Shown here piece by piece: positions 49,521 through 59,979 of a stretch of 64,000 nt of DNA. This DNA comes from Ignavibacteriota bacterium (GTDB taxonomy: Bacteria; Bacteroidota; Ignavibacteria; UBA10030). Each line of letters opens with the position of its first letter. Within the stretch, counting starts at the first letter, position 1. Location: contig OY969585.1 of assembly GCA_963701295.1 (NCBI GenBank), forward strand, positions 1,152,001-1,216,000, written 5' to 3'. Below the pieces are notes generated by a model that made no database searches, was not told the DNA's origin, and saw only the letters and a program-made list of their open reading frames with translations. A program made the position numbers and the translations under genes.

Positions 49521-49704
49521 AAAGGAAAAACCAGCGATATCCTCTATGGATACCCTTCCGCTTTTTTGCGATTTTTCATGTTCGTACGCAGGATTTGCAC
49601 AACCGGATGCTATCGGGGCTTGCAGACGTGATCTCGCAGTGTACTGCAAGAAGTTTAAGAAATACAACAATAAAAATTCTCACTGCGTCGGGAGAAAATC
49701 ATAA
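49507..49704 (+). CDS. Small Cys-rich basic protein
   Basis: GGAAGG before ATG, overlaps the truA end; CDFSC, AC, YC, HC. Confidence 0.55.
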   Translation: MKKNKKEKPAISSMDTLPLFCDFSCSYAGFAQPDAIGACRRDLAVYCKKFKKYNNKNSHCVGRKS

Positions 49705-49773
49705 CATCACATCAATTCTTCATTCTGGCAATAAGCTTCCTTTTTGCTCTGTGCGGTAAGAAGAAGAAAGAAC

Positions 49774-51015
49774 ATGCCCCAGCATCTCAATAAAGAACTG
49801 AACAGCATTGCGGAACCGTACACTAAGCTTGTACTCGCTGTGGGTCAACACGATGCAGATTATGTTGATGCGTACTATGGGCCTAAAGAATGGTCTGAGG
49901 AAGCAAAAACCGAGAAGAAACCGCTCAGCACCATCAAGGAAGCAGCACTCCTGCTTAAAACAAGGCTCGATGAAATTGACATTGCTCGGAACGAAGATAT
50001 CCTTTATCTCCGCCATCAGTATTTACAGAAACAAATTGCATCGCTGATCTCTCGGGTCGAAGCACTCAACGGCAAGAAGCTTTCCTTCGACGAAGAGGCA
50101 AAAGCGTATTATGATGTCGAACCGCCTTTTTTCCCCGAGGAGCATTTCCAGAAACTTGTAAGTGAGTTAAACTCATTAGTACCAGGCAAGGGAGCGATTC
50201 CCGAACGTGTCGAAACCTTTCGCCGGCAATTTACAATTACTCCCGACAGGATCGACAAGGTATTCAGTGCAGCAATTTATGAATGCCGCCAGAGAACAAA
50301 GAAATATATCGACCTTCCTGATAATGAAACATTCCGATTGGAATACGTTCACAACAAATCATGGAGCGGGTACAATTGGTATAAAGGAAACAACGAAAGC
50401 CTGATTCAAATCAACATCGACCTGCCGATCTTTTTGGAACGTGCCATTGACCTTGCGGCGCACGAAGGGTATCCGGGACACCACGTTTATAATTGTTTAT
50501 TAGAGACTGCGTTTGTGCGCAAATGTGGCTGGGTGGAATTTACAGTTTATCCACTCTTCAGTTCACAGTCGCTTATTGCGGAAGGAACAGCGAACTTCGG
50601 TATAGAGGTCGCATTCCCCGGGAAGGAACGAATGGAATTCGAACGCTCCATGCTCTTCCCGCTCGCCGGACTCGATAAAGATCAAGCAGAAAATTATTCC
50701 AAGGTACAAGCACTCGCCGAAAAACTCAGTTATGCCGGCAATGAAGCCGCACGCCGTTATCTGAACGCCGAAATGTCACGCAAAGACGCAGTTCAGTGGC
50801 TTGTCAACTATGCGCTGATGTCGCCGGAACGCGCACAACAACGCACGCGTTTCTTCGACCAGTATCGCAGTTACGTCATCAATTATAATTTCGGCATGGA
50901 TTTGGTACGTCGGTACATTGAACGGCGCGGTGGCACAGAAGACAAACCGGAAAAACGCTGGGAAGAATTCACGAAACTCATTTCATCACCGCGATTGCCT
51001 TCGGGATTGCTCTAG
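49774..51015 (+). CDS. DUF885-like putative metallopeptidase
   Basis: AAHEGYPGHH and downstream AEG.A motifs. Confidence 0.75.
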   Translation: MPQHLNKELNSIAEPYTKLVLAVGQHDADYVDAYYGPKEWSEEAKTEKKPLSTIKEAALLLKTRLDEIDIARNEDILYLRHQYLQKQIASLISRVEALNGKKLSFDEEAKAYYDVEPPFFPEEHFQKLVSELNSLVPGKGAIPERVETFRRQFTITPDRIDKVFSAAIYECRQRTKKYIDLPDNETFRLEYVHNKSWSGYNWYKGNNESLIQINIDLPIFLERAIDLAAHEGYPGHHVYNCLLETAFVRKCGWVEFTVYPLFSSQSLIAEGTANFGIEVAFPGKERMEFERSMLFPLAGLDKDQAENYSKVQALAEKLSYAGNEAARRYLNAEMSRKDAVQWLVNYALMSPERAQQRTRFFDQYRSYVINYNFGMDLVRRYIERRGGTEDKPEKRWEEFTKLISSPRLPSGLL

Positions 51016-52269
51016 ATGTCGCCAGTCAAATCAAAAATACCAAAAGAAGAACGTCCATACCTCGACCGCCTCTTGGACGAAATTCGTTATCGGATATCCG
51101 GAGTAGAAGACATCGATGTAGCGAGTCAATCCATACCGCGCTATACCGGAGAGTTCTGGACATCGAAACAACGGCAGGCGCACTCACTGCATGAAGTCTC
51201 GTACCGGGCATGCTTCAAACCTCAGCTTCCAAACTTCTTTATAGAATATCTGACAAAAGAAGGCGATATCGTGTACGATCCCTTCAGCGGACGCGGCACA
51301 ACCGCATTAGAAGCGGGTTTAATGGGCAGAAAAGTCATCGCGAACGATATCAATCCCTTGAGTACTCTTCTGAGCAAACCCAGGTTTTTTCCACCATTGC
51401 TTGAAGAATTGATGAAACGATTGGATAGTATTCCTATCGATGAAAACGAAGATGCAGACATCAATCTTTCGATGTTCTTTCATCCAAAGACCGAAGCAGA
51501 AATTGTTTCCATGAAAAACTATCTCACCGAACGCCGCGAGAGCGGAACGGAAGACAACATCGATCGGTGGATCCGGATGGTCGCGACCAATCGATTGACG
51601 GGACATTCCAAGGGATTTTTTTCCGTGTATACACTGCCACCAAATCAAGCCGTAAGTGCTGACAGCCAGCGAAAAATCAATGTGAAGATGCAACAAACTC
51701 CCGAGCATCGGGATACTCGTGTCATCATATTTAAAAAATCCAAGACACTACTGAGTGATATAACAACAGAGGAACGCATTCTTCTTCAAAAAACCGGTGC
51801 AGATGCATGTTTCTTCACATCTGATGCACGAGAAACGAAAACGATTTCTGCCAACTCTATTCAGCTTACCGTAACTTCTCCGCCCTTCCTCGATGTGGTA
51901 GATTACGTACAGGACAACTGGTTGCGCTGTTGGTTCAATGATCTCGATGCGGCAGAAGCTGCGAAAACAATTACTATGGCACGAACACTGGAGGATTGGT
52001 CTGCAGTAATGTTTGGAGTCTTTCGTGAGCTGTATCGCATAACAAAACCGCGTGGATTCGTAGCATTTGAAGTCGGTGAAGTGCGAAATAATAAAATACG
52101 TTTAGATGAACATGTGGTGCCACTCGGAGTAAAGGCAGGATTTTCGTGCATTGGGATAGTCATTAACGAACAGTACTTCACCAAAACATCGAATATCTGG
52201 GGCGTCGATAACAACGAAAAAGGTACAAATTCCAACCGGATTGTGCTTTTCAGGAAGGAGACAAAATGA
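51016..52269 (+). CDS. Orphan amino (N4-C/N6-A) DNA methyltransferase-like protein
   Basis: Motif I YDPFSGRGTT precedes motif IV TSPPF. Confidence 0.85.
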   Translation: MSPVKSKIPKEERPYLDRLLDEIRYRISGVEDIDVASQSIPRYTGEFWTSKQRQAHSLHEVSYRACFKPQLPNFFIEYLTKEGDIVYDPFSGRGTTALEAGLMGRKVIANDINPLSTLLSKPRFFPPLLEELMKRLDSIPIDENEDADINLSMFFHPKTEAEIVSMKNYLTERRESGTEDNIDRWIRMVATNRLTGHSKGFFSVYTLPPNQAVSADSQRKINVKMQQTPEHRDTRVIIFKKSKTLLSDITTEERILLQKTGADACFFTSDARETKTISANSIQLTVTSPPFLDVVDYVQDNWLRCWFNDLDAAEAAKTITMARTLEDWSAVMFGVFRELYRITKPRGFVAFEVGEVRNNKIRLDEHVVPLGVKAGFSCIGIVINEQYFTKTSNIWGVDNNEKGTNSNRIVLFRKETK

Positions 52270-52943
52270 TCTGGCGTACTATTTTTATGTTCACATTATC
52301 TTCTCTCGTTTCATGTTCCACCGGATATTTGTCGCTTCGGAATAAGGACCGCATCGTTTTTTTTGGAGACTCTATTACACTGCTGGGAGTAAAACCTCAC
52401 GGATACATTACGCTCATCAAAGATTCACTCTCAAAGAAGTTTCCTTCCATCGAAATTATCGGTGCAGGTATTGGCGGAAACAAAGTGCCCGATCTTTTAG
52501 CAAGAATCGATACCGATGTCATCGCTAAGAACCCGACAATCGTCGTTATCTATATCGGCATCAACGATGTATGGCATTTTATTACACCCGGCCAAGTCGG
52601 TACACCGAAAGATGTGTATGAAGCAGGATTAGAAAAAATTATCGGTAAGATACAACAAACGGGTGCGCGTGTTATTCTCTGTACTCCATCCGTAGTTGGT
52701 GAAAAAAGGGATGGAACAAATCAACTGGATGCACAATTGGATGAATACTCTGGAATCAGCCGCCGCGTTGCGCAAAAAACTAAGATCGAACTCTGCGATT
52801 TACGTAACGCTTTTGTGAATTACCTCAAGATGCATAATCCTGATAATGCTGAACAAGGAATCTTGACAGCCGATAAAGCACACCTCAATGATGAAGGGAA
52901 CCGTCTTGTTGCTAAGGAATTACTTAAGGCACTCGGTCAATAA
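52266..52943 (+). CDS. SGNH/GDSL hydrolase, putative lipoprotein
   Basis: LVSC lipobox; FGDSIT, GIND, DKAH. Confidence 0.9.
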   Translation: MIWRTIFMFTLSSLVSCSTGYLSLRNKDRIVFFGDSITLLGVKPHGYITLIKDSLSKKFPSIEIIGAGIGGNKVPDLLARIDTDVIAKNPTIVVIYIGINDVWHFITPGQVGTPKDVYEAGLEKIIGKIQQTGARVILCTPSVVGEKRDGTNQLDAQLDEYSGISRRVAQKTKIELCDLRNAFVNYLKMHNPDNAEQGILTADKAHLNDEGNRLVAKELLKALGQ

Positions 52944-53093
52944 TTGACCGGCGATAATGAGAAATTAGGTCATTTATAGAACTTTTCTGCTGTCAGGAAA
53001 TGCAAATTAACATAATTTTCCGATGATTTTGTGATTCATCCTCGAAACCTTCTGTCGATTCTCAATTCTTCCAATCCTTTTGTATATTAGTCT

Positions 53094-53945
53094 ATGAACA
53101 AAAAAGAGCTTGAAAATCTTCGCACTATCATTCATAGAGCACTTGAAGAAGATATCGGCAGCGGTGATATCACAACACTCAGCACAATTCCAGCAAAGTC
53201 TGTTCTGAATGGAACGTTCATCGCAAAAGAATCCGGAGTGGTCGCCGGATTAGAAGTAGTGCGCGAAACGTTACAATATCTCGACAAGCAGGTTTCGTTT
53301 TCTCAAAAAGTTACTGACGGCAAACATGTTTCCAAAGGAACTGTTCTTGCAATAGTGCGCGGAAAAGGACGCGCTTTACTAACAGCCGAGCGAACAGCAT
53401 TGAATTTTCTTCAGCGAATGTCCGGTATTGCTACACTCACCCGCGCATACGTCGATGCCGTCAAAAATACTAGTACAATCATTCTCGACACACGTAAAAC
53501 ATCTCCAGGCAATAGATTCCTCGATAAACAAGCGGTTCTCCTTGGTGGGGGAGCTAATCATCGATTTGGATTGTTTGATATGGTACTGATAAAGGACAAT
53601 CATATTGCCGCCGCTGGAGGAATCACTCAAGCGGTGACGCAAGTATGGGCAGCGGATACGATGAAACGATTTATCGAAGTTGAAGTGAAGAATCTTAATG
53701 AATTGCGGGAAGCGATTTCGCTGAAAGTCGATCGCATATTACTCGACAATATGGATATCAAAACGCTCTGTGAAGCAGTCCGTTTTACTGCCGGACGCAT
53801 TCCTCTGGAAGCATCCGGTAATATTACACTCAAGAATGTTGCCGCAGTCGCTGCAACTGGCGTCGATATGATTTCTATCGGTGTGCTGACACATTCGGTA
53901 CGAGCGCTGGATATTAGTTTTTTGATTCAGTCACCAAAGAAATAA
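53094..53945 (+). CDS. nadC: Nicotinate-nucleotide diphosphorylase (carboxylating)
   Basis: EDIGSGDITT, DTRKT, LIKDNH, LLDNM, EASG. Confidence 0.96.
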   Translation: MNKKELENLRTIIHRALEEDIGSGDITTLSTIPAKSVLNGTFIAKESGVVAGLEVVRETLQYLDKQVSFSQKVTDGKHVSKGTVLAIVRGKGRALLTAERTALNFLQRMSGIATLTRAYVDAVKNTSTIILDTRKTSPGNRFLDKQAVLLGGGANHRFGLFDMVLIKDNHIAAAGGITQAVTQVWAADTMKRFIEVEVKNLNELREAISLKVDRILLDNMDIKTLCEAVRFTAGRIPLEASGNITLKNVAAVAATGVDMISIGVLTHSVRALDISFLIQSPKK

Positions 53946-53950
53946 ATAGA

Positions 53951-55003
53951 ATGTTTGCGGAAGATATTTATCAAGATCTGAAAACAAAATTGCATGATGT
54001 CGTGCCGGACGTTGAGCTGCGATTAAAATCCGAACTCGCATTCCAAATCAATAAGCTCAAAGTCGAACGCAACGCAGTTATCCTTGGGCATAATTACATG
54101 GAACCGGCACTCTTCCATTCCATCCCCGATTATTCCGGGGACTCTCTTGAGTTAAGCCGGATTGCCTCTAAAACCAATAAAGATATTATCGTTTTCTGCG
54201 GTGTACGTTTTATGGCAGAGACAGCAAAAATCTTATCACCGCAAAAAACAGTTCTTATTCCGGCGAAAAAGGCCGGATGCTCGCTCGCAGATGGAATTAC
54301 AGCCGATGATGTTCGTCAGTTGAAAGCAAAGTATCCGGGCGTTCCGGTTGTTACATATATTAATACGAATGCGGAAGTGAAAGCAGAATCGGATATTTGC
54401 TGTACATTGAGCAATGCCATGGCGGTGGTTCAGTCGCTCAAGAACGAAACAGTTATTTTTCTTCCGGATGAATATCTTGCCCGCAATGTCGCACAGACAA
54501 CGGGAAGACATGTTATTTTTCCGACGTTGAGCGGAGGCAAACCGGACAGCGACACGCTTCTCGATAAACCAATCATCGGCTGGAAGGCGCGGTGCGAGGT
54601 GCATGAAAAATTCACTGTCGAAGATATCCAAAATATACGCAAGCAATTTTCTGATGTTATCATTCTCTCTCATCCTGAATGCAGTCCGGAAGTTGTTGCG
54701 GCATCGGATTTCTCCGGCAGTACCACACAGATGATTCGCCATGTCCAGCGCACGAATGCTGCACGCTATCTTTTGCTTACGGAGTGTTCGATGGGCGATA
54801 ACATCATGGTTGCCAATCCGGAAAAGAATATGCTTCGCTTGTGCAGTGTCCGATGTCCGCATATGAATGAGATTACATTAGAAGATACATTAGAAGCGCT
54901 GCGGCAAACGCGGTATGTTGTCGAAGTGCCGGAAGAGATCCGTGTGCGAGCACTGCGTGCGGTCGAGCGGATGTTAGAAATTATTCCATCGGCCGCAGAT
55001 TAA
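53951..55003 (+). CDS. nadA: Quinolinate synthase
   Basis: HNY, GDSL, AGCSLA, CEVH, HPEC, CPHM. Confidence 0.95.
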   Translation: MFAEDIYQDLKTKLHDVVPDVELRLKSELAFQINKLKVERNAVILGHNYMEPALFHSIPDYSGDSLELSRIASKTNKDIIVFCGVRFMAETAKILSPQKTVLIPAKKAGCSLADGITADDVRQLKAKYPGVPVVTYINTNAEVKAESDICCTLSNAMAVVQSLKNETVIFLPDEYLARNVAQTTGRHVIFPTLSGGKPDSDTLLDKPIIGWKARCEVHEKFTVEDIQNIRKQFSDVIILSHPECSPEVVAASDFSGSTTQMIRHVQRTNAARYLLLTECSMGDNIMVANPEKNMLRLCSVRCPHMNEITLEDTLEALRQTRYVVEVPEEIRVRALRAVERMLEIIPSAAD

Positions 55004-55014
55004 TTTTATTGGTT

Positions 55015-55043
55015 CGTCATTCCCACATGTTGTGAGTGGGATT
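55015..55043. repeat. CGTC-type REP-like palindrome between nadA and nadB
   Basis: CGTC-ATTCCCAC...GTGGGATT. Confidence 0.5.
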
Positions 55044-55068
55044 GATGATTTTTTTTATAGGATAGGTT

Positions 55069-56637
55069 ATGCAAGAATATATCAAATGTGATGTGCTTAT
55101 TATCGGATGCGGGATTGCAGGCAGTATTGCCGCATTACAGCTTGCAGATGCCGGTGTTCATGTCGTTGTAGCGACACGCTCATCGAATCCCGAAGAATCC
55201 AATACCTACTATGCGCAAGGCGGAATAATATACGAAGGGGAAAGCGATTCACCGGAACTTCTCGCCAAAGACATTTTGCATGCCGGTGCTGGGTATTGCA
55301 ATCCGCAAGCAGTGGAGCTTCTTGCACAGGAAGCACCCAAACTCGTTCGCTCGCTTCTTCTGGAAAAACTTTCTATCCCCTTCGACCGAACAGCCGAAGA
55401 TAAACTCTCCCTCGTACTCGAAGGCGGACATAGTATCGCTCGCATTCTTCATGCGGCAGATTCCACCGGCAGCCTTATCGAACGGTACCTAATTCAGGCA
55501 CTGAAAGCAAAAGCGAATATTACATTATTAACCGATACAACAGCAGTAGACTTGCTTACTCCTGCTCACCATTCAGTGAACCGGCTGACGGTGTATGATC
55601 CACTCTCCTGCAACGGTGCGTTCCTCCTTAATCAAGCAACAGGGCACGTACAGCGGATATTTGCACGCACGACTATTCTGGCATCCGGCGGATTAGGGCA
55701 AGTTTTTCTCCGAACAACGAATCCGGCAGGAGCGCGAGGCGATGGATTGGCGATGGCGTATCGCGCCGGTGCCAGAGTTCTCAATTGCGAATTTATGCAG
55801 TTCCATCCGACGGCATTTTATCAACAAGGCGCGCCGTGTTTCCTCATTACCGAAGCAATGCGCGGAGCAGGTGCCAAACTATTGGATTCCGACGGCAATC
55901 TGTTTATGCAAAAATACGATCCCGAATGGAAAGATCTCGCACCGCGTGATGTTGTTGCCCGAAGCATTCATCAGGAAATGCTGACGAGCGGAACCACGCA
56001 CGTTTTTCTTGATATTGCATCGCATCTTCCGGAAAACGATATACGAGATCGCTTCCCTTTTATCTACGAAAAATGTCTTGAGTATGGTATCGATATTACG
56101 CACGAACCTATCCCGATTGTTCCGGCAGCACATTATTTTTGCGGAGGCGTGTGGGTCGATCTCTGGGGACGAACAACGCTCAATCATCTCTATGCCGTCG
56201 GCGAGGTTGCTTGTACAGGACTTCATGGCGCCAATCGGCTTGCAAGCACATCATTGCTGGAAGGTGTCGTTTGGGGTAATCGCGCCGCAGAACATATTCT
56301 CCATACTATGGAAGAACATCCAAAGCCGCGCATTGATGAAATTCCGCCGTGGATTGAAACAGGTACGGAGATACCAGATTCCGCACTCATCAGTCAGGAT
56401 ATGAGCGTCATCAAACATATTATGTGGAATTACACCGGACTCATTCGCACAACCGAACGTTTACAACGTGCCTTACGCGAACTGCGACATCTTGAATCCG
56501 AAATCGACCGCTTCTATCAAGCCGTCAAGTTGACAGACAGCATCATCGGATTGCGTAATGCAGTACGTGCTGCTATCATCATCACTATTGCGGCGTGGGA
56601 AAATAAAATGAGCGTCGGCTGTCATTATAGACAGTAA
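55069..56637 (+). CDS. nadB: L-aspartate oxidase
   Basis: IGCGIAG, YAQGG, EGGHS, QFHPT, HYFCGG, GLHGANRLASTSLLE; nadC-nadA context. Confidence 0.95.
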   Translation: MQEYIKCDVLIIGCGIAGSIAALQLADAGVHVVVATRSSNPEESNTYYAQGGIIYEGESDSPELLAKDILHAGAGYCNPQAVELLAQEAPKLVRSLLLEKLSIPFDRTAEDKLSLVLEGGHSIARILHAADSTGSLIERYLIQALKAKANITLLTDTTAVDLLTPAHHSVNRLTVYDPLSCNGAFLLNQATGHVQRIFARTTILASGGLGQVFLRTTNPAGARGDGLAMAYRAGARVLNCEFMQFHPTAFYQQGAPCFLITEAMRGAGAKLLDSDGNLFMQKYDPEWKDLAPRDVVARSIHQEMLTSGTTHVFLDIASHLPENDIRDRFPFIYEKCLEYGIDITHEPIPIVPAAHYFCGGVWVDLWGRTTLNHLYAVGEVACTGLHGANRLASTSLLEGVVWGNRAAEHILHTMEEHPKPRIDEIPPWIETGTEIPDSALISQDMSVIKHIMWNYTGLIRTTERLQRALRELRHLESEIDRFYQAVKLTDSIIGLRNAVRAAIIITIAAWENKMSVGCHYRQ

Positions 56638-56673
56638 TGAAAATATAGGATGATGTGATTTGGTGATTTGGAG

Positions 56674-56735
56674 ATAGCCGCGGACTTTGTGTCCACGAAT
56701 TCATAGAAAAACCGCAAGCTGAAGCTTGCAATTAC
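56674..56735. repeat. Degenerate REP doublet (REPIN-like)
   Basis: ATAGCCGCGGACTTTGTGTCCACG ... CGCAAGCTGAAGCTTGCAATTAC. Confidence 0.5.
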
Positions 56736-56839
56736 CAACCACACATCAACCTACGATACTTCTTTCCTTTTTTCCTATCTTTATTTAATACTGAATTTTC
56801 CTTATACTTTGTTCATTGTATTATTGAAAGGAACAAATA

Positions 56840-57802
56840 ATGTATAGGCCGCAGATCACGGTTGTGGATTGCACCATCCGCGACGGTGGATTGATGAATA
56901 AATCTCAGTTTACGTTGGATTGTGTGCAGGCAGTGTACAAGGCAATTTGCGAATCAGGTGTTCATATAGTGGAGCTGGGGTACCGAAACAGCCGGAAGAT
57001 GTTCGATCCGGAAAAATATGGCGCTTGGCGTTTCTGCGATGACGAGATGATCAAAAAAGTCGTAGGGGATAAAAAATACCCAGACACTAAGATCGCTGTT
57101 ATGATGGACGCGCATAAGAGCTCCATCGACGACCTGCTTCCCCAAGAAAAAAGTCTTGTGGATGTGGTTCGCTGTGCCACCTATGTAAAAGACATCGACA
57201 AATGTATCATGATCGTCAATGACGCCGTTGCAAAAGGATATGAGACTACCATCAATATTATGTCAATCTCTACAGCACCGGAGCGGGAACTGAATGAAGC
57301 ATTGCAGCAGATCAAGGAAGAGACCAAGATCAAAGCGTGCTACATTGTGGATAGTTTCGGCAATTTGTATTCCGAGGACATTGATTATTTTGTTTCCAAG
57401 TATCAAAAGATGCTGCCCGGTATCGAGGTTGGTGTCCATATGCACAACAATCAGCAGCTTGCATTTGCCAACACGATTGAAGGCATCATCCGCGGGGCAA
57501 ACTTTCTTGACGGCACGCTGTATGGATTTGGCCGCGGCGCAGGCAACTGCTGTCTTGAGCTTTTACTCGGTTTCCTCAAAAATCCTAAATTCAATATGCG
57601 CCCGCTCTTGGATGTCATCGCGTCTCACATTATTCCTCTACAGAAAGAAATTAATTGGGGATACTCCGTTCCCTATATGGTAACGGGCATTATGAACCGG
57701 CATCCCGATGAAGCCATTAAGCTGATGATGCTGCCGGAAAAGGATCCGGTAAGAAATAACTTCCGCGCGTTCTATGAAAGGATGTTGGATCCGGAACCAT
57801 AG
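56840..57802 (+). CDS. HMGL-like (DRE-TIM) aldolase, 4-hydroxy-2-oxovalerate aldolase-related
   Basis: DCTIRDGG, VDSFG, HMHNN, GRGAGN. Confidence 0.88.
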   Translation: MYRPQITVVDCTIRDGGLMNKSQFTLDCVQAVYKAICESGVHIVELGYRNSRKMFDPEKYGAWRFCDDEMIKKVVGDKKYPDTKIAVMMDAHKSSIDDLLPQEKSLVDVVRCATYVKDIDKCIMIVNDAVAKGYETTINIMSISTAPERELNEALQQIKEETKIKACYIVDSFGNLYSEDIDYFVSKYQKMLPGIEVGVHMHNNQQLAFANTIEGIIRGANFLDGTLYGFGRGAGNCCLELLLGFLKNPKFNMRPLLDVIASHIIPLQKEINWGYSVPYMVTGIMNRHPDEAIKLMMLPEKDPVRNNFRAFYERMLDPEP

Positions 57803-57819
57803 AGAAGAAAGCTTATCCA

Positions 57820-57856
57820 AAGAAAGGCGATCGAAACCGTCGCCTTTCTTATTTCT
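57820..57856 (+). terminator. Probable intrinsic terminator
   Basis: AAGAAAGGCGA...TCGCCTTTCTT + ATTTCT. Confidence 0.7.
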
Positions 57857-58589
57857 GTCGATTTCGTGGGCGACAATAAAATAGTGGTAAGTCATTCTCT
57901 GGCAAGCGAGAATCAAGAACTCGATAATCTCAATCAATGCAAAGAAAAGTCATTGCCCCGAAAGAGCCTTTTCAAAACGAGGCGCATTCTAAGGAGAAAT
58001 CTACAATGAAACTCATCGTCGCTTTCTTTGAGTGTGCAAAGAAAGCGACAGAAAGAAACACATGCGAAATCGAAATGTGTACTCCCGAGGAAGAACTCAG
58101 ATTCAGGATTTAACCAACAATACGATTAGGATATATAACTCGGATATAACAGTCATCACCTTGCCTTAACCCTGTTCACTGCTATCGATTTCGCTGGCAA
58201 AAGTAAAGATCAAAAAGTGAGTCATACCTGCAAACACCGGAATCTCAGTTGAGATTTCCACTTGCGTTTTAGAAATGCAATTGATAGATTACCCGCGTAT
58301 CTAAGAACGATGCAACGTCAAAGTATCCGAAGAAAGTGGGGAATTATTGAGAGTCATCGGAAAGTTTAACAACTATAACGCCAGAACCCATTCAATAAAT
58401 GCCAGGATTGATTGCAATATGCAAGCTAATCATAGTTTAGGGCACGCAATTTAATAGTGGCTATAAGAATATTATTCGTAACTAATTGAATTATCGGAGA
58501 TTAAAAAACTAAGCATACTCCTTGTTACCGCTGATCGAAATACGGTCAGGTAAAAATCAATTGTTTTACTAACAATAAGGAGCTATGCC

Positions 58590-59153
58590 ATGCGTACGAA
58601 TCATATAGCAGATCATATTTTGATCTGTGCAATGCTGTTATGTTCTCTTGCCTTTCTTATTGTATCGTGCAAGAAAGGCAATGTTGCCGATCCTCCTGCT
58701 GGGATTACAACACCATTCACAGGAATCACTGAGACTGACTCGACGGGTCCGATGCCAATTGGTAAAGTTGATCCTGATGATTGGAAATCATTAATGGATT
58801 GTTCTTCAAATCCAAGAATATTGCATGTCTCTTCAAATATAGAGTCCGTCAAGAATGATACTGTAATAGACCTGTTACCGACTTGTACAAAGATCTATCC
58901 TGTCTATCCTAATCCAGCTAGTAAAAGTTTTACAATATCTTTTTCTCTTAATGAACAGGATTCCGTTGTTATCACTCTTAATAGCACACCGACCAAGGTC
59001 GTTAAAGAAATACTCAAGCACCGATTAGCGACTGGATCATATGCTATCAATGTGAACGGATCAGATTTACAACCGGCAATTTATCGAGTATACATCTTCG
59101 TATTTCGCCAATCAGATGTACTTAGCTCTTATGGAGACGTACAAATAAATTAA
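58590..59153 (+). CDS. Putative lipoprotein with T9SS-CTD/FlgD-like tail, in a solitary cassette
   Basis: AAGGAG RBS; IVSC lipobox; YPVYPNPA...GSY...W-less CTD-like end; flanked by TTAGGGCACGCA / TGCGTGCCCTAAC. Confidence 0.75.
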   Translation: MRTNHIADHILICAMLLCSLAFLIVSCKKGNVADPPAGITTPFTGITETDSTGPMPIGKVDPDDWKSLMDCSSNPRILHVSSNIESVKNDTVIDLLPTCTKIYPVYPNPASKSFTISFSLNEQDSVVITLNSTPTKVVKEILKHRLATGSYAINVNGSDLQPAIYRVYIFVFRQSDVLSSYGDVQIN

Positions 59154-59237
59154 CAAGCCCTAGTAAAATTACAATACGCGGCTCGTGATTCATAGAGATG
59201 GAACGGAGCCGCGTAATAATTAAGAAACAAATGCGTG

Positions 59238-59417
59238 CCCTAACAAGCCGCTCAAGAGGCGCCTGTGGTGCTCACTCGGCTTGTCCGGAAGAATGCATCA
59301 TGCTGAGGGTGATAATAAATTGGGAAGTATCAATTTTGTCGAGTCGGGATTACTTGTCCGCCGGTTGTTTGGCGGAGCGGCCCGCCACGAAACTGGCGGG
59401 TAATCTTATAGTTAGAG
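59238..59417 (+). repeat. Degenerate attC site with hairpin inserts
   Basis: CCCTAAC-AAGCCGCTCAAG; CTCGGCTTGTCCGGAAGAATGCATCA shared with attC4/6; candidate R' GTTAGAG. Confidence 0.65.
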
Positions 59418-59448
59418 TATGTTTTGAAATGCTGAAAGGATTTTGTTT

Positions 59449-59979
59449 ATGCCCACAGATGAAGAATTAAAATATCCCACCGGGAGATTTCAGTTCATAC
59501 AGCCAACACCTGATCTCCGAGCTAAATATATTCATCAGTTCAGATCCGCACCCGGTATTTTGTATGATGCTGTTAAGGATCTCAAAGAGAATCAACTTCT
59601 TAGCACGTACCGTCCTGGCGGATGGACTCTTGCTCAGGTTGTGCATCATCTAGCTGAGTCGGACGTAAATGCCTACCCTCGATTAAAGTACGCCCTAACT
59701 CAGGATGTACCTGACGTGATGGTAGCTCAGCAAGGGTTGTGGGCTGAGCTGTCTGATGCAAAATCTCCGAATATTAGTTTATCTCTGACTCTTTTCGAGG
59801 CCATCCGTCATCGATGGGCAGATGCATTCGATTCGCTAAACCCCGAAGATTTTACTAGACAATGGCGACACAACCGGTACGGTCTTTTGACAATCGATGC
59901 CTTGCTTCAACAGTATACATGGCATGCCCAACATCATTCTGCTCAAATAAGCGAGCATCGCAAGAGGATGGGTTGGTAG
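59449..59979 (+). CDS. Second YfiT/BstA-like DinB-family protein
   Basis: LKYPTG, YRPGGWTLAQVVHHLAES, WHAQHH. Confidence 0.85.
   Translation: MPTDEELKYPTGRFQFIQPTPDLRAKYIHQFRSAPGILYDAVKDLKENQLLSTYRPGGWTLAQVVHHLAESDVNAYPRLKYALTQDVPDVMVAQQGLWAELSDAKSPNISLSLTLFEAIRHRWADAFDSLNPEDFTRQWRHNRYGLLTIDALLQQYTWHAQHHSAQISEHRKRMGW

Noticed and set aside
59198-59470. 90-aa ORF
   Set aside because: Reads through the degenerate attC; no coding features
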